A DNA stretch of 36,667 bases from a bacterium (GCA_049472355.1 JBLIRP010000032.1:1-36667), one strand, 5' to 3'; positions 8,386 to 17,793 are shown, counted from the stretch's first letter. The notes: a model not told the origin generated them from the sequence alone. Numbers and translations are program-made.

Positions 8386-9456
8386 GTGAGAACGGGAATC
8401 GCCCATCTTCCCCTGCACTACGGCAAGGCCCCCGCATGGCTCTTCAGCCGGATGAGGCTCCTTGCCCGGCAGGTCACCCTCGCCATCGTCGAGGAGTACG
8501 GCCCCCGGGAGATGCTGGTGCGCCTTGCCGACCCCTTCTGGTTTCAGGCCTTTGGGTGTGTGCTGGGCTTCGACTGGCACAGCAGCGGGCTGACCACCAC
8601 GGTGTGCGGCGCCCTGAAGGAGGGGATCAAGGGGCTGGAAAGGCAGATTGGGTTGTGTGTGTGCGGGGGGAAGGGGAGGGTGTCGCGCAAAACCCCGGAC
8701 GAGGTTACCCATCTCGGGGGGATGCTCGGCATGGATCCCGCGCCCCTAGTGTATGCCAGCCGCATGTCCGCCAAGGTGGACAACACCGCGCTCCAGGACG
8801 GCTACCAGCTCTACCACCATAATCTGATCTTCACCGGAGAAGGGGAGTGGGCGGTCATCCAGCAGGGGATGAACGAAACCAACCGCTATGCACGGCGCTA
8901 TCACTGGCTGGGAAGCACCGTGGAGGATTTCGTGTGCGAGCCCCACTCGGCAGTCTGCTGCGACTCTTCGGGTGAGGTGTTGAACATGGTGGCAAAGGAA
9001 AGCGACAAGGCAAGGGATGCGAGCGCCACCATCTCCAGGGAGCACCCCGAGAGGATCATGAAGGAGTTCACCGGCCTCCGTGACCAGCTCACCCTCCCCA
9101 GGGAGCACCCGGTGCCTTCCTCCCTCATCCATCCCAACCGGCTCAAGAAGGTGCTCCTTTCCACCTATGAACAGCAGCCACAAAACTTTGCCTCCCTCCT
9201 GGGCATGCCCGGGGTGGGACCCAAGACCATCCGCTCCCTGAGCCTGTTATCCGAGATCCTATACGGCGCCAAGGCCAGCTTCAGGGACCCGGTGCGATTC
9301 AGCTTCGCCCACGGCGGGAAGGACGGCCATCCCTATCCCGTTGACCGGGCAAACTACGACCGTTCCATCGATTTTCTCAAACGGGCGGTGGACCAGGCAC
9401 GGATCGGCAGGACGGAGCGGCTCCACGCCCTGAAGCGTCTCGGCAACCTTTTTTGA
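8386..9456 (+). CDS. DUF763-like protein with HhH-like motif
   Basis: MRTGIAHLPLHYGKAPAWLF, DPFWFQAFGCVLGFDWHSSGLTT, SFAHGGKDGHPYPVD; HhH-like LLGMPGVGPKT; AGGAG SD. Confidence 0.85.
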   Translation: MRTGIAHLPLHYGKAPAWLFSRMRLLARQVTLAIVEEYGPREMLVRLADPFWFQAFGCVLGFDWHSSGLTTTVCGALKEGIKGLERQIGLCVCGGKGRVSRKTPDEVTHLGGMLGMDPAPLVYASRMSAKVDNTALQDGYQLYHHNLIFTGEGEWAVIQQGMNETNRYARRYHWLGSTVEDFVCEPHSAVCCDSSGEVLNMVAKESDKARDASATISREHPERIMKEFTGLRDQLTLPREHPVPSSLIHPNRLKKVLLSTYEQQPQNFASLLGMPGVGPKTIRSLSLLSEILYGAKASFRDPVRFSFAHGGKDGHPYPVDRANYDRSIDFLKRAVDQARIGRTERLHALKRLGNLF

Positions 9457-9479
9457 CCGTTGTTTTTTCCCATTTCACC

Positions 9480-9508
9480 TTGACATTTCCCCCGGATGCC
9501 GATAGTAT
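9480..9508 (+). promoter_or_regulatory. Sigma70-type promoter of lexA
   Basis: TTGACA (9480-9485), 17-bp spacer, TAGTAT (9503-9508). Confidence 0.75.
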
Positions 9509-9516
9509 ATAAGCAG

Positions 9517-9532
9517 GGTAACAAATGTTAGC
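9517..9532. promoter_or_regulatory. Candidate LexA operator GGTAACAAATGTTAGC
   Basis: Palindrome TAACA-AA-TGTTA (9519-9530) just downstream of the -10 of an autoregulatory repressor gene. Confidence 0.55.
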
Positions 9533-9554
9533 TTTTTGAAAGGGGGGGAAGATC

Positions 9555-10232
9555 ATGACCGAACCCTTGACGCCACGCCAGAAAAAGGTGCTGGATTTCC
9601 TCATAGACCACATCAGTTCCAGGGGCTTTCCCCCTACAGTGCGGGAGATCGGGGCCCACCTCGGCATCTCCGGGCCCAAGGGGGCAAAGAAGTTCCTGGA
9701 CATCCTGGAGCGGAAGGGGTACATCCGCCGCTTCTCCAAGAGTTCCCGAGCCATCGAGGTCCTTCACCCCCGGTTGCAGGAAGGGGTGAGCGAGGATGCC
9801 GATTACCGGGAGGCCAAAACCCTTAGACCCCAGGTGCAGGAGGGGATGATGGTGCCCGTGGTGGGGAGGATACGGGCGGGGAGCCCAATCCTTGCCGTGG
9901 AAAACCTGGAGGGGGAGATCCCGGTGGACCCCTTCCTCGCCAAGGGGAAGGAGCTTTTTTTCCTCAGGGTGGAGGGGGACAGCATGATCGATGCTCATAT
10001 CCAGGATGGGGATTATGCCCTCATCCGGTCCCAGCCCACCGCGCACAACGGGGAAATCGTAGCGGTCCTGATCGGCGAGGAGGCCACCCTGAAGCGGTTC
10101 TATAAACAGCGGGACCGGGTCGTGCTGCGGCCGGCCAATGCGCGGATGGAGCCCATCGTGCTCACCCGCGAGCGCCCACCTACCATCCTGGGCAAGCTCG
10201 TCGCCGTGTTCCGGACATATGAGCGGGAGTAG
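9555..10232 (+). CDS. lexA: SOS repressor LexA
   Basis: LTPRQKKVLDFL...GFPPTVREIG winged HTH; GRIRAGSP Ala-Gly cleavage site; VEGDSM (Ser); EATLKRF (Lys). Confidence 0.95.
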   Translation: MTEPLTPRQKKVLDFLIDHISSRGFPPTVREIGAHLGISGPKGAKKFLDILERKGYIRRFSKSSRAIEVLHPRLQEGVSEDADYREAKTLRPQVQEGMMVPVVGRIRAGSPILAVENLEGEIPVDPFLAKGKELFFLRVEGDSMIDAHIQDGDYALIRSQPTAHNGEIVAVLIGEEATLKRFYKQRDRVVLRPANARMEPIVLTRERPPTILGKLVAVFRTYERE

Positions 10233-10305
10233 GGGCGTCCTTTCTGACGAAGTTTGGTTTGGAGTTGAATCGCAGACCCTATTGGTTGACGCAAAGGGTA
10301 ACATA

Positions 10306-10449
10306 GTGCTTCGCTTCGCTGCGCCTCACAAAGTTTGGTGTGTGCTTCGCTTCGCTGCGCCTCACAAAGTTTGGTGTGTGCTTCGCTTCGCTCCGCCTGA
10401 CGAAGTTTGGTTAGTGCTTCGCTTCGCTGTATCTGACAAGGTTTGGTTC
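10306..10449. repeat. Tandem array of four 36-bp units (GTGCTTCGCTTCGCT...AC(A/G)A(A/G)GTTTGGT..)
   Basis: Units start at 10306, 10342, 10378 and 10414. Units 1 and 2 are identical; 3 and 4 diverge. An additional half unit CTGACGAAGTTTGGTT lies at 10244-10259. Confidence 0.95.
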
Positions 10450-10470
10450 CGGGAAAGGAACTGATTCGCA

Positions 10471-10722
10471 ATGACCACGGAAATCGATCAGCCCATACGC
10501 GTGGGGGCCGTGTTCGGCCCTCCGGACCGGATCAGGCCCGCCTGGTTCGTGTGGAAGGGGAGAAGGCATGAGGTGCGGCAGGTCACCTATACCTGGGACG
10601 AGCGGGAGGGGAGTGCCTGGGTCCAGAACTTCGCGGTCTCGGACGGGGCGAATCTTTACCACATCGCCTACCACAGGGAGGCCATGACCTGGCGGCTGGT
10701 GGCCCTGGAGGAGGGGGGGTGA
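10471..10722 (+). CDS. Small Trp-rich protein, ImuB C-terminal-like (DUF6504-like)
   Basis: PAWFVWKGRRHEV...W...FAV..G..Y..Y..WRL pattern; GGAAAGGA SD; stop overlaps the polymerase GTG (GTGA). Confidence 0.7.
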   Translation: MTTEIDQPIRVGAVFGPPDRIRPAWFVWKGRRHEVRQVTYTWDEREGSAWVQNFAVSDGANLYHIAYHREAMTWRLVALEEGG

Positions 10723-11963
10723 GCAGTCTCATGGGGCAGGAGCGTATCATCCTCCACGTCGACATGGATGCCTTTTTCGCCTCGGTGGAGCAGCAGTGCA
10801 GGCCGGGCTTGAGGGACAAACCCATCGCGGTGATCGGCGGCGGCTCGCGCACGGTGATCACCACCTCCTCGTACCAGGCCCGGCGCCGCGGGGTGAAGAC
10901 AGGGATGACCATCTACGAGGCGCGCAGGAAATGCCCCGACCTCCACCTGGTGATCGCGGACAACCGGAAATACATCGATACCTCCTGCCGGATCGTGCGC
11001 ATCTTCCAGCAGTTCTCCCCCCTGGTGGAGGTCTACTCCGTTGACGAGGCATTCCTGGACGTCACCGGGTGCATTCCCCTGTTTGCGAGTCCGGAGGAGA
11101 TTGCCGCACGGATCAAGGCCTGCATCCGGGGGGACCTGGGCATCACCTGTTCCATAGGGATCGCCCCGAACAAGCTCCTGGCCAAGCTGGCGAGCGACCT
11201 GCGCAAACCGGACGGGCTCTTCAGGGTCCTGTCCCGGGACGTGCCCGGCCTGATGGAGGACCTGCCGGTTGAGGAGCTGTGCGGCGTCGGTCCCCGCCTG
11301 GCCCGGTCTCTGCAACATCTGGGAATAAGGACCTGCGGGCAGTTGGGGAGGATGCCGGTGGAGATCCTCTCCCGCCGCTTCGGGATCATCGGGGAGCGGC
11401 TTCAGGCCATGGGGCGGGGCAGGGACGACACCCCGGTCATCCCCATCGGGGAGGAGCCCGAGGTCAAATCCGTGGGCCACAGCATGACCCTGGAGCGGGA
11501 CATCACCGAGCGGGAGGACATCCTGCGCCATCTCCTCCTGCTTTCGCAGATGGTGGGGAAGCGGGCGCGGGCGTACTGCCTGGCGGGAAGGACCGTGGCA
11601 CTGACCGTCCGGTACAAGGACTTCCAGACCTTCACCACCCGGAAGACCATCAGCCGCGCCATCAACGGCACCCACGAGATATGGGAGGTGGCGAAGGAGA
11701 TCCTCTCTGGGTGCCGCCTGTGGCAGCCGGTGCGCCTTCTGGGGGTTTCACTTACCAATCTCTGTCCCCGGGCGCGGCAGCTCCCCCTGCTCGGGAGGTC
11801 GATGTCCATGGAGCGGGTCTGCCGGGTCATGGACGAGATCAACGACCGCTACGGGGCAAATACCGTCATCTGGGGGGAACTCCTTCCCCAGCACGACAAG
11901 GGCTCCCGGGTCATCTCCCCCAGTTGGCGGCCCCAGGGGGCGCGGAGGGTGGATGTGCGGTAG
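10719..11963 (+). CDS. dinB: Y-family DNA polymerase (DinB/Pol IV-like with C-terminal extension)
   Basis: HVDMDAFFASVE, SYQARRRGVKTGM, SVDEAFLD, SIGIAPNKLLAKLASD.KPDG, little-finger KSVGHSMT...VRLLGV. Confidence 0.92.
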   Translation: MSSLMGQERIILHVDMDAFFASVEQQCRPGLRDKPIAVIGGGSRTVITTSSYQARRRGVKTGMTIYEARRKCPDLHLVIADNRKYIDTSCRIVRIFQQFSPLVEVYSVDEAFLDVTGCIPLFASPEEIAARIKACIRGDLGITCSIGIAPNKLLAKLASDLRKPDGLFRVLSRDVPGLMEDLPVEELCGVGPRLARSLQHLGIRTCGQLGRMPVEILSRRFGIIGERLQAMGRGRDDTPVIPIGEEPEVKSVGHSMTLERDITEREDILRHLLLLSQMVGKRARAYCLAGRTVALTVRYKDFQTFTTRKTISRAINGTHEIWEVAKEILSGCRLWQPVRLLGVSLTNLCPRARQLPLLGRSMSMERVCRVMDEINDRYGANTVIWGELLPQHDKGSRVISPSWRPQGARRVDVR

Positions 11964-12050
11964 GGGTTCGTGACCATTCGGTCCGGGCCGAGATCAACCC
12001 CTTTGGCACAGTGGAGGGATTTCCTCATTGCGGCGCATGTATGGGCGGCT

Positions 12051-12761
12051 CTATGAAGGCTCGATTCCCAGGTCCTTGAACAGCGATATCATGTCGCGTT
12101 CCAGGAGCTTGTCGCTGTTCAGCAGGGCAAGGCAGCGCCGGGCAAAATGGTCGTCGTGCCTGACGCGATCGATGAGATACCCCTTTACCACGTTCGTGGT
12201 GATCTCCTTTGTCCGATAGATCCCTTCGATGTCCTTCTTGGCGCGGGTGAGGTACAGATCGGATTTCCCCACCTCGTCGTCGTACACGATCTCCCTGCTC
12301 ACCCATTCCCATTCCACCCGCTGTATCCACAGCTTCTCACCCAGGTAGATGGAATTGACGTTGATGGTCATGTCGTCGGTCACCCAGTGCTGGGTCCAGG
12401 GATCCACGAACAGTGCCCCCTGGACGCTGTTCGGCAGGGTGATGTGATTGCCGGAGAAGGTCCGGATGTTCGCGCATGCATTCTCCGTGGTGCGGTAGGC
12501 GAGGGTAAGCTGGAGGTAGAGGCCCTCCCGTGCGTACTTGTCCTTTTTGGGGAGGATGTCCCTGAACATGAGTGCCGGGCCTGCATCGTAGATCTCGATC
12601 AAACCCTGTTCCTTGTCGTGATACCAGTTCGGCCCGTGGATGGTGGCATCGGCCGCCCAGGCGATGCCGCGCTGGCCCAGGACATCGGTCTCCTCGCGTT
12701 CCACCGGCCTGGGCATGATGGTCTTCTTGACCCTCGGAAAAAACTCTCGTTTATATTCCAT
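12051..12761 (-). CDS. Hypothetical protein (236 aa), no family recognised
   Basis: GGGAGG SD before ATG 12761; GC3-biased codons like neighbouring genes; fills the gap between dinB and greA. Confidence 0.7.
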   Translation of the reverse strand: MEYKREFFPRVKKTIMPRPVEREETDVLGQRGIAWAADATIHGPNWYHDKEQGLIEIYDAGPALMFRDILPKKDKYAREGLYLQLTLAYRTTENACANIRTFSGNHITLPNSVQGALFVDPWTQHWVTDDMTINVNSIYLGEKLWIQRVEWEWVSREIVYDDEVGKSDLYLTRAKKDIEGIYRTKEITTNVVKGYLIDRVRHDDHFARRCLALLNSDKLLERDMISLFKDLGIEPS

Positions 12762-13110
12762 GGATAAACCCTCCCTGTTTGGGGTATATACTGTGGGAAG
12801 AGGGGACAGTGACGCGGGAATGTACAATTTCATCGTACACACGATATCATGCCGGATGCGGAAATTCAAGGTGTTGGGCTATTACCCATCCCTTCCTGCA
12901 ATTCTCATTTTGATGTTGATGGTGCAATGTCGTGGGCAGACATGTTTACGGAGCCCACACTCCCGCCGGAGGTGAAAAATGAGAATCGCTGCATCCCTTC
13001 ACTGCCGCTTGAACAAAGGACGATAATATGGTACTGATAAAAAAGAGAGAGGGGGAACCCTGCGCACGAGGGGGTGTCGGTGCGAACCAGAAGAAAGGGA
13101 GGTATGATCG

Positions 13111-13590
13111 TTGAGTATTAATGCAACATATTTAACCAGGGAAGGGTACAAAAAACTAAAGGATGAGCTGGAATATCTGAAGGGCACGAAACGGCGGGAG
13201 ATCTCCGCACAGATAGGCGAGGCGAGGGCACACGGCGATATAAGCGAGAATGCCGAATATGATGCGGCAAAGGAGGCCCAGGCACACGTGGAAAGAAAGA
13301 TTGCGGCATTGGAGGTGAAGCTTGCCCGTGTGAAGATCATCGAGGATGAAAATCTCCCTGACGACAAGGTCTATATCGGTGCACGGGTGAAGCTCTATGA
13401 CTGCCAGGCGGAGTCCGAGGTGTGCTACCTGCTCGTTTCCCCGGAAGAGGCGGACTTCAAGGAGGGAAAGATCTCCACCACTGCGCCGGTGGGCAGGGCA
13501 CTCCTGGGGCGCGAGGTGGGGGATTCGGTAAAGGTGAAGGCCCCGAACGGGATCAAGGAATACGAGATCCTGGAGATAACCAGGGAGTAA
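13111..13590 (+). CDS. greA: Transcription elongation factor GreA
   Basis: YLTREGYKKLKDEL, AHGDISENAEYDAAKE, ISTTAPVGRALLG; GGAGG SD, TTG start. Confidence 0.96.
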   Translation: MSINATYLTREGYKKLKDELEYLKGTKRREISAQIGEARAHGDISENAEYDAAKEAQAHVERKIAALEVKLARVKIIEDENLPDDKVYIGARVKLYDCQAESEVCYLLVSPEEADFKEGKISTTAPVGRALLGREVGDSVKVKAPNGIKEYEILEITRE

Positions 13591-13764
13591 GTCCCCGGCC
13601 CAGCCGGCCATGCTCATGTATACCCTTATGGCACGGATCGAGGCCCACCCTCTACCGCATGGAATTGCTCATGCCGGAAGCAAGGACTTGGCACTTCTAT
13701 CTTCCATGAACAGGGCGATCCTTTGCCGCCGGGAACCATTCATGCCCGGGCGGGAAGTGCGCCA

Positions 13765-14559
13765 TCACTGAGCAAGCGGTATCCGTATCCGTTCGATCCC
13801 CTCCGCGAGCCCGGTTTTTGCCTCACACCGGACGATCACCGCATTCAGCCACAGGTCACCGCTTGCGATGGTGAATCGCTGCGGCATCTGGGTGAGAAAC
13901 CGCTCCAGCGCAATCTCCTTCCTGATCCCGATGATCGAGTCATGAGGCCCGGTCATCCCCACATCGGTTATATATGCGGTCCCCTTGGGGAGCACCCTCT
14001 CGTCAGCGGTTTGCACGTGGGTATGGGTGCCCACCACCGCCGATACCTGGCCGTCCAGGAACCATCCCATGGCGATCTTTTCCGAGGTTGCCTCCGCATG
14101 GACATCCACGATGATGAACCGGGACTTTTTCTTGATGATCGGCAGCAGCCGCCGTGCCACCTGGAAGGGGCAGTCCACGCACGACATGAACACACGGCCG
14201 GCGAGGTTCAGGACCCCGACCTGGTGCCCGCCGTTGCTCTCGTAGATGCCGTGGGTGAACCCGGGGGTCACTTCAGGGTAATTGGCCGGCCTCAGCAGCT
14301 TGGGTTCGAGGTGGATCACCTCCAGGATCTCCTTCTTGTCCCATATATGGTTCCCGGAGGTAAGGCAATCGACCCCCATGTCAAGGAGCTCGCGTATGAC
14401 GTTCCTGGTGATGCCGAACCCCGAGGCCGCGTTTTCCGCATTGGCGATGCAGAAATCGATCTGGTACCGGTTTATCACCGAGGGGAGCAGCTCGCGGATA
14501 ATCCTCCTTCCCGGTTTTCCGATTATGTCTCCGATAAACAGGATGTTCAATTGGTCCAC
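13765..14559 (-). CDS. ymdB: YmdB-family metallophosphoesterase
   Basis: FIGDIIGKPGR, NAENAA, TSGNHIWD, RPANYP, DVHAEATSEK, GTHTHVQTAD; canonical position after rny. Confidence 0.93.
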   Translation of the reverse strand: MDQLNILFIGDIIGKPGRRIIRELLPSVINRYQIDFCIANAENAASGFGITRNVIRELLDMGVDCLTSGNHIWDKKEILEVIHLEPKLLRPANYPEVTPGFTHGIYESNGGHQVGVLNLAGRVFMSCVDCPFQVARRLLPIIKKKSRFIIVDVHAEATSEKIAMGWFLDGQVSAVVGTHTHVQTADERVLPKGTAYITDVGMTGPHDSIIGIRKEIALERFLTQMPQRFTIASGDLWLNAVIVRCEAKTGLAEGIERIRIPLAQ

Positions 14560-14565
14560 ACAGTC

Positions 14566-16137
14566 CTATTTGGCAAATTCCACCGCCCTTGATTCGCGAA
14601 TCACCGTGACCTTGATCTGGCCGGGATACTCGAGTTCCTTCTCGATCTTGGCGGCGATATCCTTGGCCGCCTGACCGATGTCGTCGTCCTTGAGGTTTTC
14701 CGGCACCACGATGATCCGTATCTCGCGGCCTGCCTGGATTGCGTAGGCATTATCGATCCCCCGGAATGATTTGCCGATCTGCTCGAGTTTCTCAAGTCGC
14801 TTGATGTAGGTTTCCAGGCTCTCCTTGCGCGCCCCGGGTCGTGCTGCGGAGAGCGCATCTGCTGCCTGGATGAGCACGGCGGTGATGGTCTTGGGCTCCT
14901 CATCCTCGTGATGGGCGGCAATTGCATTGATCACCTCTTCGGGTTCGCCGTACTTCTTTGCCAAGTCCGCCCCGATCTTGGGATGGGAACCCTCCACCTC
15001 GTGGTCCACCCCCTTGCCGATATCGTGGAGCAGACCGGCCCGCCGCGCCACCTGCTCATCGGTGCCCAGTTCGCTTGCCATGACCCCGGCCAGGTAGGCG
15101 ACCTCCTTGGAGTGCTGGAGGACGTTTTGACCGTAGCTCGTGCGGTACTTGAGCCTGCCGATCAGTTTGATCTCCTCCAGGTGGAGGTTGTGGACCCCCA
15201 GTTCGAAGGCGACCTGCTCCCCTTCCTCCCGGATGGCGGTGTCCATGTCCTTCTGGGCCTTGGCCACCACCTCTTCGATCCGGGCCGGATGGATGCGGCC
15301 GTCGATGATCAGCTTTTGCAGGGCATTCTTTGCGATCTCCCGCCTGATGGGGTCGAATCCGGAAAGGATGACCGCCTCCGGCGTATCGTCGATGATAAGG
15401 TCGATCCCGGTAGCCAGCTCCAGGGCCCTGATGTTGCGTCCCTCGCGCCCGATGATTCTTCCCTTCATCTCGTTGTTGGGAAGATCCACCACGGACACGG
15501 TGGACTCCACCACCTGGTCCGCTGCATAGCGCTGGATGGCCAGGCTGATGATCTCCTTTGCCTTCTTGGTCGCGGTCTCCTTGGCCTCGTCCTCGATCTT
15601 CTTGATGGTCTTGGCGGCCTCATGCCGTGCATCGGCCTCCATATGCGATATGAGGATGTTCTTGGCCTCCTCCGAGGTCAGTCCGGAGATATTCTCCAGG
15701 ATCCTTCGCTCCTTTTGAATGAGATGGGTATACTCCTCCTCCTTCTCGCGAAGGTCCTTTTCCCGAGAGGCAACCTGTTTGATCCTGTTGCCGAGCTCGT
15801 TTTCCTTCTTGTCGAGCAGGTCCGCCTTCCGGTCGATGTTTTCACCCTTCTGGGTCAGACGCTTTTCAATGCCTTGTAACTCGACGCGCCGATCCCTGGT
15901 TTCCTTCTCGAATTCGGACCGGGCCTTGTAGATGAGATCCTTGGCCTCGATCGCGGCCTCCCGCAGTCGGTTGCTCGCCTCCTTTTCAGCATCGGCAACG
16001 AGCTTTTTGGCCATTACCTCGGCATTCACCAGCCGGTTCTCGGAAAGCTTCTTCCTGATGACATATCCAATAACAATACAGACAATTCCCGTAATAATGG
16101 TCAGAACGATATAGGCTTGCGCGGAAATCTCGTTCAC
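14566..16137 (-). CDS. rny: Ribonuclease Y
   Basis: N-terminal TM, coiled coil, KH domain ([14 protein letters not shown]), HD domain (LLHDIGK), [12 protein letters not shown]. Confidence 0.97.
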   Translation of the reverse strand: MNEISAQAYIVLTIITGIVCIVIGYVIRKKLSENRLVNAEVMAKKLVADAEKEASNRLREAAIEAKDLIYKARSEFEKETRDRRVELQGIEKRLTQKGENIDRKADLLDKKENELGNRIKQVASREKDLREKEEEYTHLIQKERRILENISGLTSEEAKNILISHMEADARHEAAKTIKKIEDEAKETATKKAKEIISLAIQRYAADQVVESTVSVVDLPNNEMKGRIIGREGRNIRALELATGIDLIIDDTPEAVILSGFDPIRREIAKNALQKLIIDGRIHPARIEEVVAKAQKDMDTAIREEGEQVAFELGVHNLHLEEIKLIGRLKYRTSYGQNVLQHSKEVAYLAGVMASELGTDEQVARRAGLLHDIGKGVDHEVEGSHPKIGADLAKKYGEPEEVINAIAAHHEDEEPKTITAVLIQAADALSAARPGARKESLETYIKRLEKLEQIGKSFRGIDNAYAIQAGREIRIIVVPENLKDDDIGQAAKDIAAKIEKELEYPGQIKVTVIRESRAVEFAK

Positions 16138-16195
16138 CCCCTTTATAAAATCGTTTCATGGAGATGCCCTATGGCTTCCATGAACGGAAATACGG

Positions 16196-16828
16196 TTATC
16201 GATCACATCGTGGCACTGGTGCCTCATGAGCATTCTCTGCCATGATATACGTTTTGCAGTCGATCACTCGACGCTCGGTAATAATCTTTTTCATCTTTAT
16301 ATCGAAGGGCTCACAGGGAAGCTGTGAGGTGATTTGAATCTCGAAGGCAAGGGCAATGGTTGACTTGCCGGGTACCTTGCTCAACAGACGGTCGTAGTAG
16401 CCCCCCCCGAACCCAAGGCGCGTTCCCGAGGTATCGAATGCCACCCCCGGAACGATGAACAGGTCGATTTCTTCGGGGTCGATGAGGGCATGTTCAGCCG
16501 GCCTCGGCTCGCGGATCCCGTATGTGGAGACAACGAGGTCGTCCTTCCCGTTGGTGATCTCGTACAGGAGTAGCCCTCTGGATCTGCGGTCGGTGATGGG
16601 CAGGGCTACCCTTCGGCCTTGTTGAAGCATGGCGGGAATGAGGGGGTCGGTCGCCACCTCGTTGCGGAAGGATGCATACAGCAGGCACGTACGCGCCCGG
16701 ACATACTCATCCAGGGAGAGAAGGCGGGTGTGTATATGGGAACTCTTATGGTCCTTCTCATCCGGGCTGAGGCTGTCCCTTTTCGCTAAAAACCGCTTTC
16801 TGATGGCAGCCTTGGAGTCCTTTGTCAT
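16196..16828 (-). CDS. 5-formyltetrahydrofolate cyclo-ligase
   Basis: YASFRNEV, YGIREP, VPGVAFD..GTRLGFGGGYYDR; canonical position downstream of 6S RNA. Start 16828 or 16858. Confidence 0.92.
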   Translation of the reverse strand: MTKDSKAAIRKRFLAKRDSLSPDEKDHKSSHIHTRLLSLDEYVRARTCLLYASFRNEVATDPLIPAMLQQGRRVALPITDRRSRGLLLYEITNGKDDLVVSTYGIREPRPAEHALIDPEEIDLFIVPGVAFDTSGTRLGFGGGYYDRLLSKVPGKSTIALAFEIQITSQLPCEPFDIKMKKIITERRVIDCKTYIMAENAHEAPVPRCDR

Positions 16829-16900
16829 AGCCGGCCTTATACGGTAGGAAAAGGCCAAGGACCCTAATATAATGAGAAGGATTCGTTACAGTCACGAATA

Positions 16901-17080
16901 ATCCCCCGCCATGTGCCGTGTGAAGTTTTGAATTTGAACCTGGGTGACCCAGGTGGGTGTCCTCAAGAATGCCTTAAACTTCCCTCGAAGGGGCCTGCTT
17001 GCAGCATCCCAATATGTGGACTCCCCTTATGTTGGTGTTGGCTCAAAACATCAGCTTCATCACGAGCACGGCAGGGGAAT
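16901..17080 (-). ncRNA. ssrS: 6S RNA
   Basis: About 180 nt between zapA and the 5-FTHF cyclo-ligase gene (conserved synteny). Ends pair: 5' TCCCCTGCCGTGC..CGTG..GAAG with 3' CTTC..CACGGCAC.TGGCGGGGGA. Confidence 0.88.
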
Positions 17081-17127
17081 AATAGCATTCATCCGTGCAA
17101 ATCGTCCCTTTGAAACCTCATATATCA

Positions 17128-17156
17128 ATAGTATTGCATCTCGAATCTATTGTCAA
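17128..17156 (-). promoter_or_regulatory. Sigma70-type promoter upstream of 6S RNA
   Basis: Minus strand TTGACA (17156-17151), 17 bp, TACTAT (17133-17128). Confidence 0.7.
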
Positions 17157-17190
17157 TTAGGCCTTCATGTGCCTGCCGGCCCTTGAATGC

Positions 17191-17517
17191 CTAAGTCATA
17201 GAAACATGCTCCCGCCCATGTTCTCCGGCGGAATATCTAAGGGATGAATCCTCCAACATTTTTAGGATATTGGCTGTCTTTTCCTCCATAGTCTTTATTG
17301 TTTCCGATAATTGTAATCTGCTCTCGAATAATTCCTCTGTTATATAAAAGGCGGTCAGGATCACCACTTTCAACAGCGTCGCCGTCGGTGCAGCCGCCCT
17401 GATATCCGTCATCTTCTGATCCAGGTACCGGGCAATTTCCAGTACCCGCTCAGGATCAGTTTCACTTTTAATGGTATATGCCTCTCCGAGGAGTTCCACC
17501 TCAGTCGCATGTATCAC
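17191..17517 (-). CDS. zapA: Cell division protein ZapA
   Basis: VELLGEAYTIK...IARYLDQKM...VVILTAFYITEEL; synteny pheT-zapB-zapA-6S. Confidence 0.85.
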   Translation of the reverse strand: MIHATEVELLGEAYTIKSETDPERVLEIARYLDQKMTDIRAAAPTATLLKVVILTAFYITEELFESRLQLSETIKTMEEKTANILKMLEDSSLRYSAGEHGREHVSMT

Positions 17518-17541
17518 GCCGCCCCTCCATCCGCTTACGTA

Positions 17542-17793
17542 TTAGATGTCCTTCAACTGACTCAACATATGTGAAACCTTATCCTGAACCTGCAGCCGTT
17601 CGGATCGCAACCGTTTAAGCTCCTCCTCGGAGATAAGCGCGTGTTCCAGTCGTTTCTTATTCTCCTTCAATTTCTTCTGTAACGTGCTTATCCTGGCCTG
17701 AAGCTGCTCGTTTTCCTCCCTGAGATTCTCGACCTCCCTGATTAAGCCGCCGATTCTCTCCTGGATCAGACTCATTCTTTCGAAAGTGAGCAT
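17542..17793 (-). CDS. Short coiled-coil protein, ZapB-like
   Basis: Heptad-rich 83 aa upstream of zapA; GGAGG SD. Confidence 0.7.
   Translation of the reverse strand: MLTFERMSLIQERIGGLIREVENLREENEQLQARISTLQKKLKENKKRLEHALISEEELKRLRSERLQVQDKVSHMLSQLKDI

Noticed and set aside
10244..10449. CRISPR array or TIGR-type guide array (36-nt period)
   Set aside because: Units abut with no unique spacers, units 1 and 2 are identical, variation is scattered substitutions, and no cas or Nop-domain gene is visible in the window.
16913..17186. Short ORFs between zapA and the 5-FTHF cyclo-ligase gene
   Set aside because: The region is explained by 6S RNA and its promoter.
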